A stretch of 30,550 bases of DNA from Gammaproteobacteria bacterium (GTDB taxonomy: Bacteria; Pseudomonadota; Gammaproteobacteria; Eutrophobiales; Eutrophobiaceae), in NCBI GenBank assembly GCA_965222155.1, contig CBDCTH010000008.1:1-30550 (forward strand), read 5' to 3'. Positions within the stretch are counted from its first letter, which is position 1; each line of letters begins with the position of its first letter. Shown here piece by piece: positions 1-8,089 of the stretch. The notes under the pieces are model-generated. The model saw nothing but the letters and a program-made list of their open reading frames with translations, did no database searches and had not been told where the DNA came from. Both the position numbers and the translations under genes were made by a program.

Positions 1-919
1 TCACCGGGCGTCAGGGTCGGAGCAAAGAGCGGGTTGAGCCGGTCCTCGGGCGTAGCGCTGGCGCTGGGCGACCAAGCGCCCGGTCCCCGCGCGTTCACGG
101 CCTGCACCTGCACCTGGTAACTCTGGCCGTTGGTGAGGCCGGACAACCTGATACCGATTGTATAATATCTGTAACCACGCTGCGTCCACAAGCCGCCCGT
201 ATCGGGTCGGTAGCGGATGTTGTAGTCCGTAAGGGGCGAGCCGCCGTCATCGTCGAGGACGTCCCACTCCACCAAGAGCCTCCCGTCACCGGGCGTGAGG
301 GTCGGCGCAACCATCGCCGCGGGAACGGTCGCGGGCGTGGCGCTGACGCTGGCCGACCAGGCGCCCGGGCCCTGCTCGTTCACGGCCTGCACCTGCACCT
401 GGTAGCTGCGGTCGTTGGTGAGGCCGGTGATGGTCGTGCTCGTGCCGGTACCCGTGAAATCGGGGTCGCTCCAGCCGCCGCTGCTACCGGGGCGGTAGCG
501 CACGTTGTAGTCCGTGAGGGCCGAGCCGCCGCCGGGCGCGGCCCACGTCACCGCGAGCTGCCGGTCGCCGGGATTGAGGGTCAGGGCCGTGGGCGCATCC
601 GGGACCGTCTGCGCCCACGCCGACACGGTCAGCCCGCACATCAGTGTCATGAACGCCAGGGCGCACAGCACCCCGCGCCGGAACCGCCTGGAAAGCCCCG
701 CTGCGGTCGACCCCCCGCGAACGCCCGCACCCCGCGCGCGCGGCGAAGCGGCAGCGCGGCACCGGTGATTCGTTATCTCATGTGGGGGGGGGGGGTGAAG
801 GAGGATGGGCGCTGGATACCGCGCAGACGATGCGTCAGTGAGTCAGCACTGCAACCGGCAGCGTTGACCGTTCCGAACTCTCCCCCGTAAGGCAAGCGAG
901 CGTTCATGTTTATTGCCAT
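1..919 (-). CDS. Secreted fibronectin type III repeat protein (5' part, runs off the window); frameshifted at a G12 tract
   Basis: Manual minus-strand translation, absent from the ORF track because there is no stop in the window. Signal peptide RRFRRGVLCALAFMTLMCGLTVSAWA/Q, then two FN3 repeats (PDAPTALTLNPGDRQLAVTW...YNVRYR...GLTNDRSYQVQVQAVN...GAWS) and the start of a third. ATG at 919 with GAGG upstream (second ATG at 907) is one base out of frame with the FN3 frame. Confidence 0.85.
784..795 (+). repeat. G12 homopolymer (C12 on coding strand), putative phase-variation tract
   Basis: 12 consecutive G between the FN3 gene start and its signal peptide; G13 or G10 restores the frame. Confidence 0.8.
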
Positions 920-989
920 GGCTATCCATCCTCTAATCATAGTCGGCATACCCTACCCCACTGCTTCATGCAATGTCAACTTCTTTGTC

Positions 990-1118
990 CAGCCACTCCC
1001 GCTAACTCCCGGGGTCGAGGGCATCCTGCCCTCGTGGCGGGCGGGACGCCCTCCCTCCCAGGGAAACATGCCCCCTAATCTCCTGGGGGACTGGGGGACA
1101 GATTTAAATCTGTCCCCC
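990..1118 (+). mobile_element. MITE family A, copy 1 (partial; left TIR, ends in 26-bp palindrome)
   Basis: Starts CAGCCACTCCCGCTAAC, contains the GAGGGCATCCTGCCCTC hairpin, ends in the perfect palindrome GGGGGACAGATTTAAATCTGTCCCCC (1093-1118). Homologous to copies at 6024, 9987 and 15912. Confidence 0.8.
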
Positions 1119-1131
1119 TCCAAACCGGGGT

Positions 1132-4100
1132 TTATGCAACTTTTCGCAGGGCTGCTTCCAGGGTTTCACCCTGCTCGTCTGCCAGCGCGGCTTCTCGCAG
1201 TTGTTTGACTGCGGAGGTTGCATTCGGTTGCTTGCAAATTCCTGGTAGTGCTTCCATGATCCGGTTGAAAGCAGCCATGCCTCTTGCATGGGTCTCGCCG
1301 TAACCTTTCACCAGGCGCGGGCATTCGGCGATTTCTACTGCCAGGTCATAATCGGTGACGGCGGTATCGGTCACAGTTGACAGCCACTTTTCGATATTGA
1401 CGTTTTCCATCTCATAGCGCAGGGTTGAGCGACGCCAGCGACGCAGGCCGGCAAGCAGGCAGAGCAACAGGAAGCCGGACAGGGTCGTGGTCTTTATCCT
1501 TCTACCCTTTTTACAAAAGAATCCTATGAAGTTTCTCAACGCGGGGGTATTCATGACCAGGGAACCCTTCCAGACCGGCATGATATCGCAGATTTCCTGC
1601 ACCCTGGGGTGCATGAATTCCTGCCAGGCCACCACCTGTCCCTGCTCCGCCTGCACGTCTTTTCTCACCCGGGCAAAGCGCGTGGAGCGAATTTTCAGGT
1701 CCGCCACCCGGATTGCGTCTTCATAAGTCATCCACAGGGCCAGGTAACGCGCAGTTTCGATGGTCAGCCGGTAATCCCTGTCCGGATGATCCACCTGCAA
1801 AACAGGTTGTAATCTCTGCAGGTACTCCTCAGCATACCTGATATCCTGGTAATCCGTGAGTTTCCCCAGGGCTGCACGTATGATTTCCTGCGTTTGCGCC
1901 GGGAACTCCGCCTGGACCCGATCCAGCAGCGCCTGTACATTCTTGTGCGCCGGTCCCGGGGCTGCGCCTGACGGCTTCTCCTTCTCATCCTGTTGTTTCT
2001 GTGCGTGCTCATAACCGGCATTAAACCCTTTCAGGTTGGCTTCCACCGCAACGCCGGTCGCGCCGATGATTTCGGTAAATGTTTCCTTGCGGAACGGCAA
2101 GGCGCCGGATCCGGCGGCAGCGCCAAGCAATACGGAACTGATGACACTACCCGTTTGCCCGGCCAGGGCGTTCATATCGAAACCGATGAAGTGCTTTGCG
2201 TTCTCCATTACTACACCGGTAATCTTTTCGGAGTCCGCCCTGCCGTCACCCATTGCGGTTTTCTCGCCGATGGCGTAGTCGCGGTGGGTGGACACCAGTG
2301 CGGTGGTTCTGTCCGGTGAGATCAAACCCCTCAATATGGCGCGCCCGCCTTCGATCAGTTCACCGGCAAAGACGACATCCACGCGCCCGGGCACCGGCGT
2401 CAAGGCCAGCACGGCAGGCCTATCCCCGATGGCTTCCCGCGGGAAAAACTCCAGGTAGTAGACGGTTGCTCCGGTGCGCTGGGCGACACCGGGAACGGAA
2501 GTGGATTGCGCCAGGTAACCGGAACGCTCGGCCACCTGGATAAGCCAGTTACTGAGGACGCCCCCACCCTGTCCGCCCATGGCCAGGATAGCGACCTTGA
2601 TGGGCTCTGCCTGTTTGCCTGCCGGGGAATGACTCATCGTGGGGACGGACTTAAGTCCGTCCCCGCTAAGCCCCTGTTTCCATACCGGCAAGGAAGAGGA
2701 ATGCCTCTCCTGTTCTTCCCCGGCCGGGGAAACTGCCTCAATAGTCCGTCTGCGGCGGCGCCTGTCCGACCAGGCCTGGAGTTTGCCGATGGCAAATGAA
2801 CGAAGGGCCGCCAGTGCCCGGTCGGCCGGGTTGGGATTATAGACGATATCGGCCTTGTAAAAGGACGGGCAGAGAACGGCGGCATGGGCTACCTCGCCAC
2901 AGACGCCACAGCCGACACAACTGTTGATAACAGTGGCCACGGGATCTTTTCTAAGGGGGTCGGGATTGTCCTTGATGGTCAGTGACGGGCAGCCCGATAA
3001 CCTTATGCAGGAATGATCGCCGGTACAGGTGTCTTCATCAATGCCGAATCGTTCACGCACGTAACGTTTCTTTTGTTTGAGCAGGTTTTTTATCTGCGGT
3101 TTGATCCGACGTTGCCGGTTGAGCTGGCATTCTCCCTCCGCCACGATGAGTTTAGGGCCTTTCGCCCGGGTAGTCATGGCCTCTCTCAGCGCATGCAGGG
3201 ATTCCTGGATATGATAGGTGTGAACCTTCCTGATCCACTTCACGCCGGCGCCCTTGAGCGCATCGACAATGGACACTCGGTACTGGCGCCTGGCTGCGTC
3301 CGCCCTGGAAGATGGTATCCACTGACCGCCCGTCGCTGCGGAATAACCGTTGTCAACCACCACGATGACGCCGTCGTGTTCGTTTTCCACCGCATTGCCG
3401 ATACCCGTGGTCAGGCCGTTATGCCAGAAGCCGCCGTCACCCATGATACTGAGGGCGCGCTTCTCATGGGGTACCATCAGGGCCGAGGCGCTGGAAGGCC
3501 CCAGGCCATAGCCGGTAATGGTGTTGCCGATGTTGAATGGGGCCACGGTGGCGAAGGAATGGCAACCAATATCCATGCTCACTTGCAACTTGCCGAATTC
3601 CTTTTCCAGCAGTTTGACGGCGGAGAAAAACGGGCGTTCCGGACAGCCGGTACACAAGCCGGACGGCCGTTGCGGCACCAGTTGCGCCAAGTCTTCCCGG
3701 TCCGGACCAGCGGTCTTTTCCAGCGGCGGGACAGTGATTGCGGCAGGTTCCCATTGCTGCAGAAATTTCCGCAGTCCTGCTTCCATCAACTGGCAGGTAT
3801 ATTCCCCTGCCATAGTGAAAACGTCCTTGCCGTGCATCCTGGCCTGAACGTCATGGCGTCTCAGGATGGTGTTGATATTCTGTTCCAGGTAGTCCGGCTG
3901 ACCCTCCTCCACCATGAGCACCGCTTTCTTATCCCGGCAGAAACGGATCACTTCCGCATCGACCACCGGATAAGCCACGTTCATGATGTACATGGGAAGC
4001 GAACTGTTGCCGAATACGTCGGAGCAGCCCACGTGTTCCAGGGCCCGGTTCAAGGTGTTGTAGAGACCGCCGGCGACGATGATGCCGATCTCGTCAAAGC

Positions 4101-4872
4101 GGCCATCGACCACCTCATTCAACCCGTACTCCTCTATGAATTTCACTGCAGCGGGCCAGCGCTGTTCGATTTTCTCCGCCTCATGCTGATAGTTATAAGG
4201 CGGTAAGACGATACGCTCTATGTCCCGGGTCGGGGCATCCAGGGCATCGGTCACGGTAAAAGCCGGACGTTTGTTGTCCCTGGTATTCAACACGCCGTGG
4301 ACGTGGCAGGCCCGCACCCGCAGTTGCAGCATGACGGGGGTGCTTGAGGCCTCGGAAAGTTCAAAACCCTTCTCGACCATGTCGGCAATGGCGTTCAGGT
4401 TGGGCCTGGGATCGAGCAACCAGATCTGGGACTTCATGGCAAAGGCATGGGAGCGTTCCTGCATGATGGACGCGCCTTCACCGTAATCTTCCCCGACAAT
4501 AATGAGCGCGCCGCCCTTGACCCCGGCGGAGGCCACGTTTGCCAGGGCATCCGATGCCACGTTGGTACCCACAGTGGATTTCCAGGCCACCGCGCCGCGC
4601 AACGGGTAATTGATCGATGCGGCCAGCATGGATGCTGCCGCCGCTTCGCTGGCCGACTGCTCAAAGTGTACGCCCAGTTCTTCCAGTATTTCCCGGGAAT
4701 CGGCAAAGACATCGATCAAATGGCTGATGGGAGAGCCCTGGTATCCGCCGATATAGGAAACGCCCGATTGCAGCAAGGCCTTGGTGACGGCAAGAATGCC
4801 TTCCCCGTGGAGTTCGTCACCGTCCCCCAGGCGCAGCATCTTGACTTCTTTTGCGAAGGATCGTTCAGCCAT
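1132..4872 (-). CDS. iorAB: Indolepyruvate:ferredoxin oxidoreductase, fused alpha+beta subunits (IorA-IorB)
   Basis: 1246 aa. IorA N-terminus MAERSFAKEV..GEGILAVTKALLQSGV, LCTGCPERP, ThDP motif GDGGFWHNG...DN, ferredoxin motifs CTGDHSC..GCP and CVGCGVC; then IorB-type IKVAILAMGGQGGGVL, STSVPGVAQRTGAT and C-terminal VKGYGETH. Confidence 0.92.
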   Translation of the reverse strand: MAERSFAKEVKMLRLGDGDELHGEGILAVTKALLQSGVSYIGGYQGSPISHLIDVFADSREILEELGVHFEQSASEAAAASMLAASINYPLRGAVAWKSTVGTNVASDALANVASAGVKGGALIIVGEDYGEGASIMQERSHAFAMKSQIWLLDPRPNLNAIADMVEKGFELSEASSTPVMLQLRVRACHVHGVLNTRDNKRPAFTVTDALDAPTRDIERIVLPPYNYQHEAEKIEQRWPAAVKFIEEYGLNEVVDGRFDEIGIIVAGGLYNTLNRALEHVGCSDVFGNSSLPMYIMNVAYPVVDAEVIRFCRDKKAVLMVEEGQPDYLEQNINTILRRHDVQARMHGKDVFTMAGEYTCQLMEAGLRKFLQQWEPAAITVPPLEKTAGPDREDLAQLVPQRPSGLCTGCPERPFFSAVKLLEKEFGKLQVSMDIGCHSFATVAPFNIGNTITGYGLGPSSASALMVPHEKRALSIMGDGGFWHNGLTTGIGNAVENEHDGVIVVVDNGYSAATGGQWIPSSRADAARRQYRVSIVDALKGAGVKWIRKVHTYHIQESLHALREAMTTRAKGPKLIVAEGECQLNRQRRIKPQIKNLLKQKKRYVRERFGIDEDTCTGDHSCIRLSGCPSLTIKDNPDPLRKDPVATVINSCVGCGVCGEVAHAAVLCPSFYKADIVYNPNPADRALAALRSFAIGKLQAWSDRRRRRRTIEAVSPAGEEQERHSSSLPVWKQGLSGDGLKSVPTMSHSPAGKQAEPIKVAILAMGGQGGGVLSNWLIQVAERSGYLAQSTSVPGVAQRTGATVYYLEFFPREAIGDRPAVLALTPVPGRVDVVFAGELIEGGRAILRGLISPDRTTALVSTHRDYAIGEKTAMGDGRADSEKITGVVMENAKHFIGFDMNALAGQTGSVISSVLLGAAAGSGALPFRKETFTEIIGATGVAVEANLKGFNAGYEHAQKQQDEKEKPSGAAPGPAHKNVQALLDRVQAEFPAQTQEIIRAALGKLTDYQDIRYAEEYLQRLQPVLQVDHPDRDYRLTIETARYLALWMTYEDAIRVADLKIRSTRFARVRKDVQAEQGQVVAWQEFMHPRVQEICDIMPVWKGSLVMNTPALRNFIGFFCKKGRRIKTTTLSGFLLLCLLAGLRRWRRSTLRYEMENVNIEKWLSTVTDTAVTDYDLAVEIAECPRLVKGYGETHARGMAAFNRIMEALPGICKQPNATSAVKQLREAALADEQGETLEAALRKVA
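2641..2664. repeat. Perfect 24-bp palindrome (repeat family B) inside the IorA-IorB linker
   Basis: GGGGACGGACTTAAGTCCGTCCCC, a variant of the GGGGACAGATTTAAATCTGTCCCC palindrome at 1093, 6128 and 16003. Confidence 0.85.
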
Positions 4873-4925
4873 TGTGCTCTAACATGTAAATAGTGTCAGT
4901 CAACTTTTATAGATGGTTAAATCAC

Positions 4926-4991
4926 CCACCATTCCTGCGAAAGTTTACCCCTGTATGCTGTTGAGCAGGGGTAAACTTTCGCAAATGGTGG
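4926..4991. repeat. Long hairpin / REP-like pair between the cyclase gene and iorAB
   Basis: 18-bp perfect stem TGCGAAAGTTTACCCCTG (4936-4953) / CAGGGGTAAACTTTCGCA (4966-4983), extended by CCACCATT/AATGGTGG. Confidence 0.8.
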
Positions 4992-5056
4992 CGGATTGAC
5001 GCTGTATAATTGTTCCATAAAGATCACTCATCAATCAGTTCAAAACTTTCAGGCTA

Positions 5057-5797
5057 TCAATCCTCAGTGACGGCAAACACCCGGGCGGGGGAACCGTCCA
5101 GGCCCTCCAGGGGCAGGGGTATGCCGTACAGGGTAAACTCACTGCCATCCAGTTTGCCGATATTGGTGATCAACTGGATGATGATGGTCTTGTTGCCCAG
5201 CAAGGTCTTGTGGTTGCGTCCGGGCGGTTTATCCGCCTCGATGCCGAGCCAGAAGGGCGCTTCGGGGAAGCAATCGAGAGCGACCGCTTTGCAACCTTTT
5301 TCAACAATGTACTCCGCTGCGGTCGTGTCCAGGAATATGGAGTTGCCCCAGAATTCGTCAGTGTCCCAGGCACGATCGGTCCAGCCGGTGTACAGGACAG
5401 GAATAACGCTGTCATCGATCTCCACGCCGGTTTTGATGATCTCATCTGCAGTAACGCGTTCCCGCCCCTGCAAATGGGTCAGGGGGATGACCCTGCCTTT
5501 GCCGATGGTATGCTCCAGGGGGATTTCCTCGACCGACCAGCCGCCGGCTTCCAGGAAGTGACAAGGCGCATCAACATGGGTGCCTATATGAGTGAGAATC
5601 TCCAGCCGGGACAACATGTGCGGGGTGAACTCCAGGTTTTTATCCAATTCAATGCCACGGCTTTCAAGGTGATCCTGTTGTACTTCCCCCATGCAGGATA
5701 AAACGACGCACCGGGTGGGGTTCTCTTCGTACTCACGCAGGTTCGGAATGCCGCGCATGTGGCGATTGACGGGCAGGGTCAGATCGATGACAGCCAT
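5057..5797 (-). CDS. Cyclase family metal-dependent hydrolase (kynurenine formamidase / isatin hydrolase-like)
   Basis: HxGTHxDAPxH motif (THIGTHVDAPCHF), N-terminal VIDLT, C-terminal PLPLEGLDGSPARVFA; ATG at 5797 preceded by GGAGGAG. Confidence 0.88.
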   Translation of the reverse strand: MAVIDLTLPVNRHMRGIPNLREYEENPTRCVVLSCMGEVQQDHLESRGIELDKNLEFTPHMLSRLEILTHIGTHVDAPCHFLEAGGWSVEEIPLEHTIGKGRVIPLTHLQGRERVTADEIIKTGVEIDDSVIPVLYTGWTDRAWDTDEFWGNSIFLDTTAAEYIVEKGCKAVALDCFPEAPFWLGIEADKPPGRNHKTLLGNKTIIIQLITNIGKLDGSEFTLYGIPLPLEGLDGSPARVFAVTED

Positions 5798-6023
5798 GGT
5801 CTCCTCCGATTGGATCTTCGTTGCATTATATATTATTAGAATAAATACAGGGTCGCAATTTAACGATCCGGGTTTAACGATCCGGGTTTTTCTCAGGATA
5901 TTGGTCGGAGACGCTAAAATAATCACCGATCTGTGAGTTTTCCCACATTTCCGCCAGTGAATACAGGGTAAACTGTCATCATGACTCCTGAACTCTCCGG
6001 ATACATCATAGTCGACAATTTAC

Positions 6024-6153
6024 CAGCAATTCCCACTAACTCCCGGGATCGAGGGCATCCTGCCCTCGTGGAGGGCGAGTCGCCCTCCCTCCCGGGGAAA
6101 CATGCCCCCTTATGGTCAGGGGAACTTGGGGGACAGATTTCAATCTGTCCCCC
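6024..6153 (+). mobile_element. MITE family A, copy 2 (partial)
   Basis: CAGCAATTCCCACTAAC start, same hairpins as the other copies, ends in a family-B palindrome (6128-6153). Confidence 0.8.
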
Positions 6154-6179
6154 TTGTCTCAGCCGGCTCATCAGCAATA

Positions 6180-6188
6180 TGTTATACT
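6180..6188 (+). promoter_or_regulatory. Extended -10 promoter (TGnTATACT), probably for a leaderless mRNA
   Basis: TGTTATACT lies 6 nt before ATG 6195; no SD sequence between them. Confidence 0.5.
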
Positions 6189-6194
6189 GACGCA

Positions 6195-6434
6195 ATGGTT
6201 GAATGGGCCCCTTTCATTGCGCTTGCCGGCCTCATTATTGCGCTTGCCGGCCTCATTACCGGGCTGTTCGCCTGGTTACGTAACGACATCAACTTACTAC
6301 GCCGGGAAACCGGCGCCTTACATAAAGATATCCAGGCCATTGACGTCCGCCTGGCGCGGGTCGAGGCCACTCTAGAGACTACCTTCAGGCTACAGGGCAT
6401 GTTACCCGCAGAGCGTCACGACCAGGTTGCTTGA
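6195..6434 (+). CDS. Small membrane-anchored coiled-coil protein (79 aa), unknown function
   Basis: MVEWAPFIALAGLIIALAGLITGLFAW TM helix (built from a 21-bp tandem duplication), then heptad pattern LRNDINLLRRE...IDVRLARVEATL. Confidence 0.7.
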   Translation: MVEWAPFIALAGLIIALAGLITGLFAWLRNDINLLRRETGALHKDIQAIDVRLARVEATLETTFRLQGMLPAERHDQVA

Positions 6435-6495
6435 AGCGCCCGGACGGGAATCCGACCTATGGGAATTACCCGGGAAGGTAGAGTTGTTGAGAACC

Positions 6496-7140
6496 TCAAT
6501 CGGGCAACTCAAGCGACCTCAGGTAGCGCCAGGTCTTGTTGCCGGCAGGTTGACGCCGTAAAGCAAGCAGGTCGTCAGGACGATCAATATCCCGAACCAG
6601 TCCGGCAGGTCTGGCAATATTGACGGGGACCCGACGTTGTTCCGCTTCTCTGCGGAATTTCTCAAAGCTATTCTCGCCGTACATCAACCCGATGGCAAGA
6701 GGCGGCGTGAATACTATAGCGTTGGTGCCGCCGTCGCTGCCGGCGGGACACAAAGTGACGCCCTCCTTGTGAACCTGGTCCAGGTAGCTTAAATCCGTGT
6801 GTTCAAGTTCGGGTACGTCGGCAGGGATGATGAGCGCCTTGTCCAGGACCTTATTGCTGGTGGCTTCGACACCTTTCAGTACATCAGAGGCATAGCCGTG
6901 ATCGACCCCGGTGTTCAATACGTCCGCGTGGTGGTCTTGCGCCAGTGAGATGACGGCTTCGTCGCAACTGATGACCGTGACGCCACTAATCACGACGGTT
7001 TCATCCAGGGTGTTGAGGATATCATCCAGCATGCACATACTGAGTTGCCGGCGTTGCGCCTGCGATAACGCGCCGGCAAGGCGCAACTTGGTATGCTCCA
7101 ACCGTTTCACAGGGAGTAGCGCCCACATGTTAAGATTCAT
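6496..7140 (-). CDS. cofC: 2-phospho-L-lactate/PEP guanylyltransferase (F420 biosynthesis)
   Basis: WALLPVK..TKLRL, IPADVP, DGGTNA, YGENSF, DIDRPDDL motifs; adjacent to npdG. The start may be the Met at 7128. Confidence 0.9.
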   Translation of the reverse strand: MNLNMWALLPVKRLEHTKLRLAGALSQAQRRQLSMCMLDDILNTLDETVVISGVTVISCDEAVISLAQDHHADVLNTGVDHGYASDVLKGVEATSNKVLDKALIIPADVPELEHTDLSYLDQVHKEGVTLCPAGSDGGTNAIVFTPPLAIGLMYGENSFEKFRREAEQRRVPVNIARPAGLVRDIDRPDDLLALRRQPAGNKTWRYLRSLELPD

Positions 7141-7253
7141 CCGCAGATGAAACGAAAGTTTTTAACATAAATTACTGAAGATATCAGATTGTAACTTCTG
7201 TATTTTATGAAACATTATATTTACCTGCGGTAATCTGCGTAATCTGCGGATAA
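7139..7253. repeat. Repeat family C (ATCTGCG units) as an inverted pair
   Basis: ATCCGCAGATGAA ... CTGCGGTAATCTGCGTAATCTGCGGATAA; the right arm is nearly the reverse complement of 19353-19397. Confidence 0.75.
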
Positions 7254-7256
7254 CCT

Positions 7257-7934
7257 TTACGCGGATGAAGAAGTCTTTTCAATCCCGGTAATGCGGATAC
7301 CGGAATGGCTGGTCTTGTAGGTCTTGTTGATATGGATAAGCAGGCTGGTCAGGGCTTCTGCGGCCGCGGCATTGGCCAGTTTTCCCGCGTTGACGGCGCG
7401 GCAACCACTGTCCTCCACCAGTTGCATCACTTCCTTGCGGGTTTGCAGGTCGTCACCGGTCACCAGGATGTCGCAGTCGATCTCCACGTCCTGCTCCAGC
7501 AGGTTGGCGGCTACGTTGTGATACGCCGCCGTCACCCGCGCCCTGTCTCCCAGGGTGTTGCGAGTGATAACCGCGGCGCTCCCTTCTTCCGGTAGCTGGA
7601 CTACGGCTACTTTCGGCGGTATGAGCGGTACGGTGGTATCAATCAGGATCTGCCCCGACAGGCCCGGCTTGATGCTCTCCAGAGTCGCTTCATGAGCGGC
7701 GAAAGGGACGGTCAGGACAACGACTTCCACCTGTTTTGTCGCAGTGAGATTGTCAGCGCCTGTAATCCCCTCTGCGCCGGGTTTCCGGTTGAGTTCAGCC
7801 GCCGCCTTGTGTGCTTTCTCCGCAACCCGGGAGCCGATGACCACCTCGTGACCCGCCCTGGCCCAGCGCCAGGCCAACCCATAGCCGAGATTACCGGTCC
7901 CGCCCAGAACCGCTATTTTCTTTTTATTGATCAT
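7257..7934 (-). CDS. npdG: NADPH-dependent F420 reductase (F420H2:NADP+ oxidoreductase)
   Basis: IAVLGGTGNLGYGLA Rossmann motif, VIGSR, LTVPF, DTTVPL, EEGSAA, AYHNV, EALTSLLIHINK.YK...GIRITG. Confidence 0.92.
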   Translation of the reverse strand: MINKKKIAVLGGTGNLGYGLAWRWARAGHEVVIGSRVAEKAHKAAAELNRKPGAEGITGADNLTATKQVEVVVLTVPFAAHEATLESIKPGLSGQILIDTTVPLIPPKVAVVQLPEEGSAAVITRNTLGDRARVTAAYHNVAANLLEQDVEIDCDILVTGDDLQTRKEVMQLVEDSGCRAVNAGKLANAAAAEALTSLLIHINKTYKTSHSGIRITGIEKTSSSA

Positions 7935-8002
7935 GAGCGTTTATGTTGAGAAAAGGGGACGGATTTATTTTCCTGGTTATAATACAATTATCCCGGTTGA
8001 AT

Positions 8003-8076
8003 TGGGGGCTCGTCTAATGGTAGGACAGCGGACTCTGACTCCGCCAGTAGAGGTTCGAATCCTCTGCCCCCAGCCA
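8003..8076 (+). tRNA. tRNA-Gln (CTG)
   Basis: Acceptor stem TGGGGGC/GCCCCCA + G + CCA; anticodon arm GCGGA-CTCTGAC-TCCGC; T arm GGTTCGAATCC; 74 nt. Confidence 0.97.
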
Positions 8077-8089
8077 GTTTCCCGTCCTG

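Noticed and set aside
3013-4206. 397-aa plus-strand ORF
   Set aside because: Antisense shadow of iorAB with no recognisable motifs.
4996-5010. TTGACG...TATAAT promoter
   Set aside because: Spacer is 3 nt rather than about 17, and it points antisense to the local genes.
5798-5926. N-terminal extension of the cyclase and 14-bp tandem duplication TTTAACGATCCGGG x2
   Set aside because: A strong RBS precedes ATG 5797; the duplication has two copies only and no supportable function.
8003-8076. tRNA-Gln as island integration site
   Set aside because: No duplicated tRNA 3' end or integrase seen; the 10-nt GGTTCGAATC match at 9361 lies inside a CDS and is too short.
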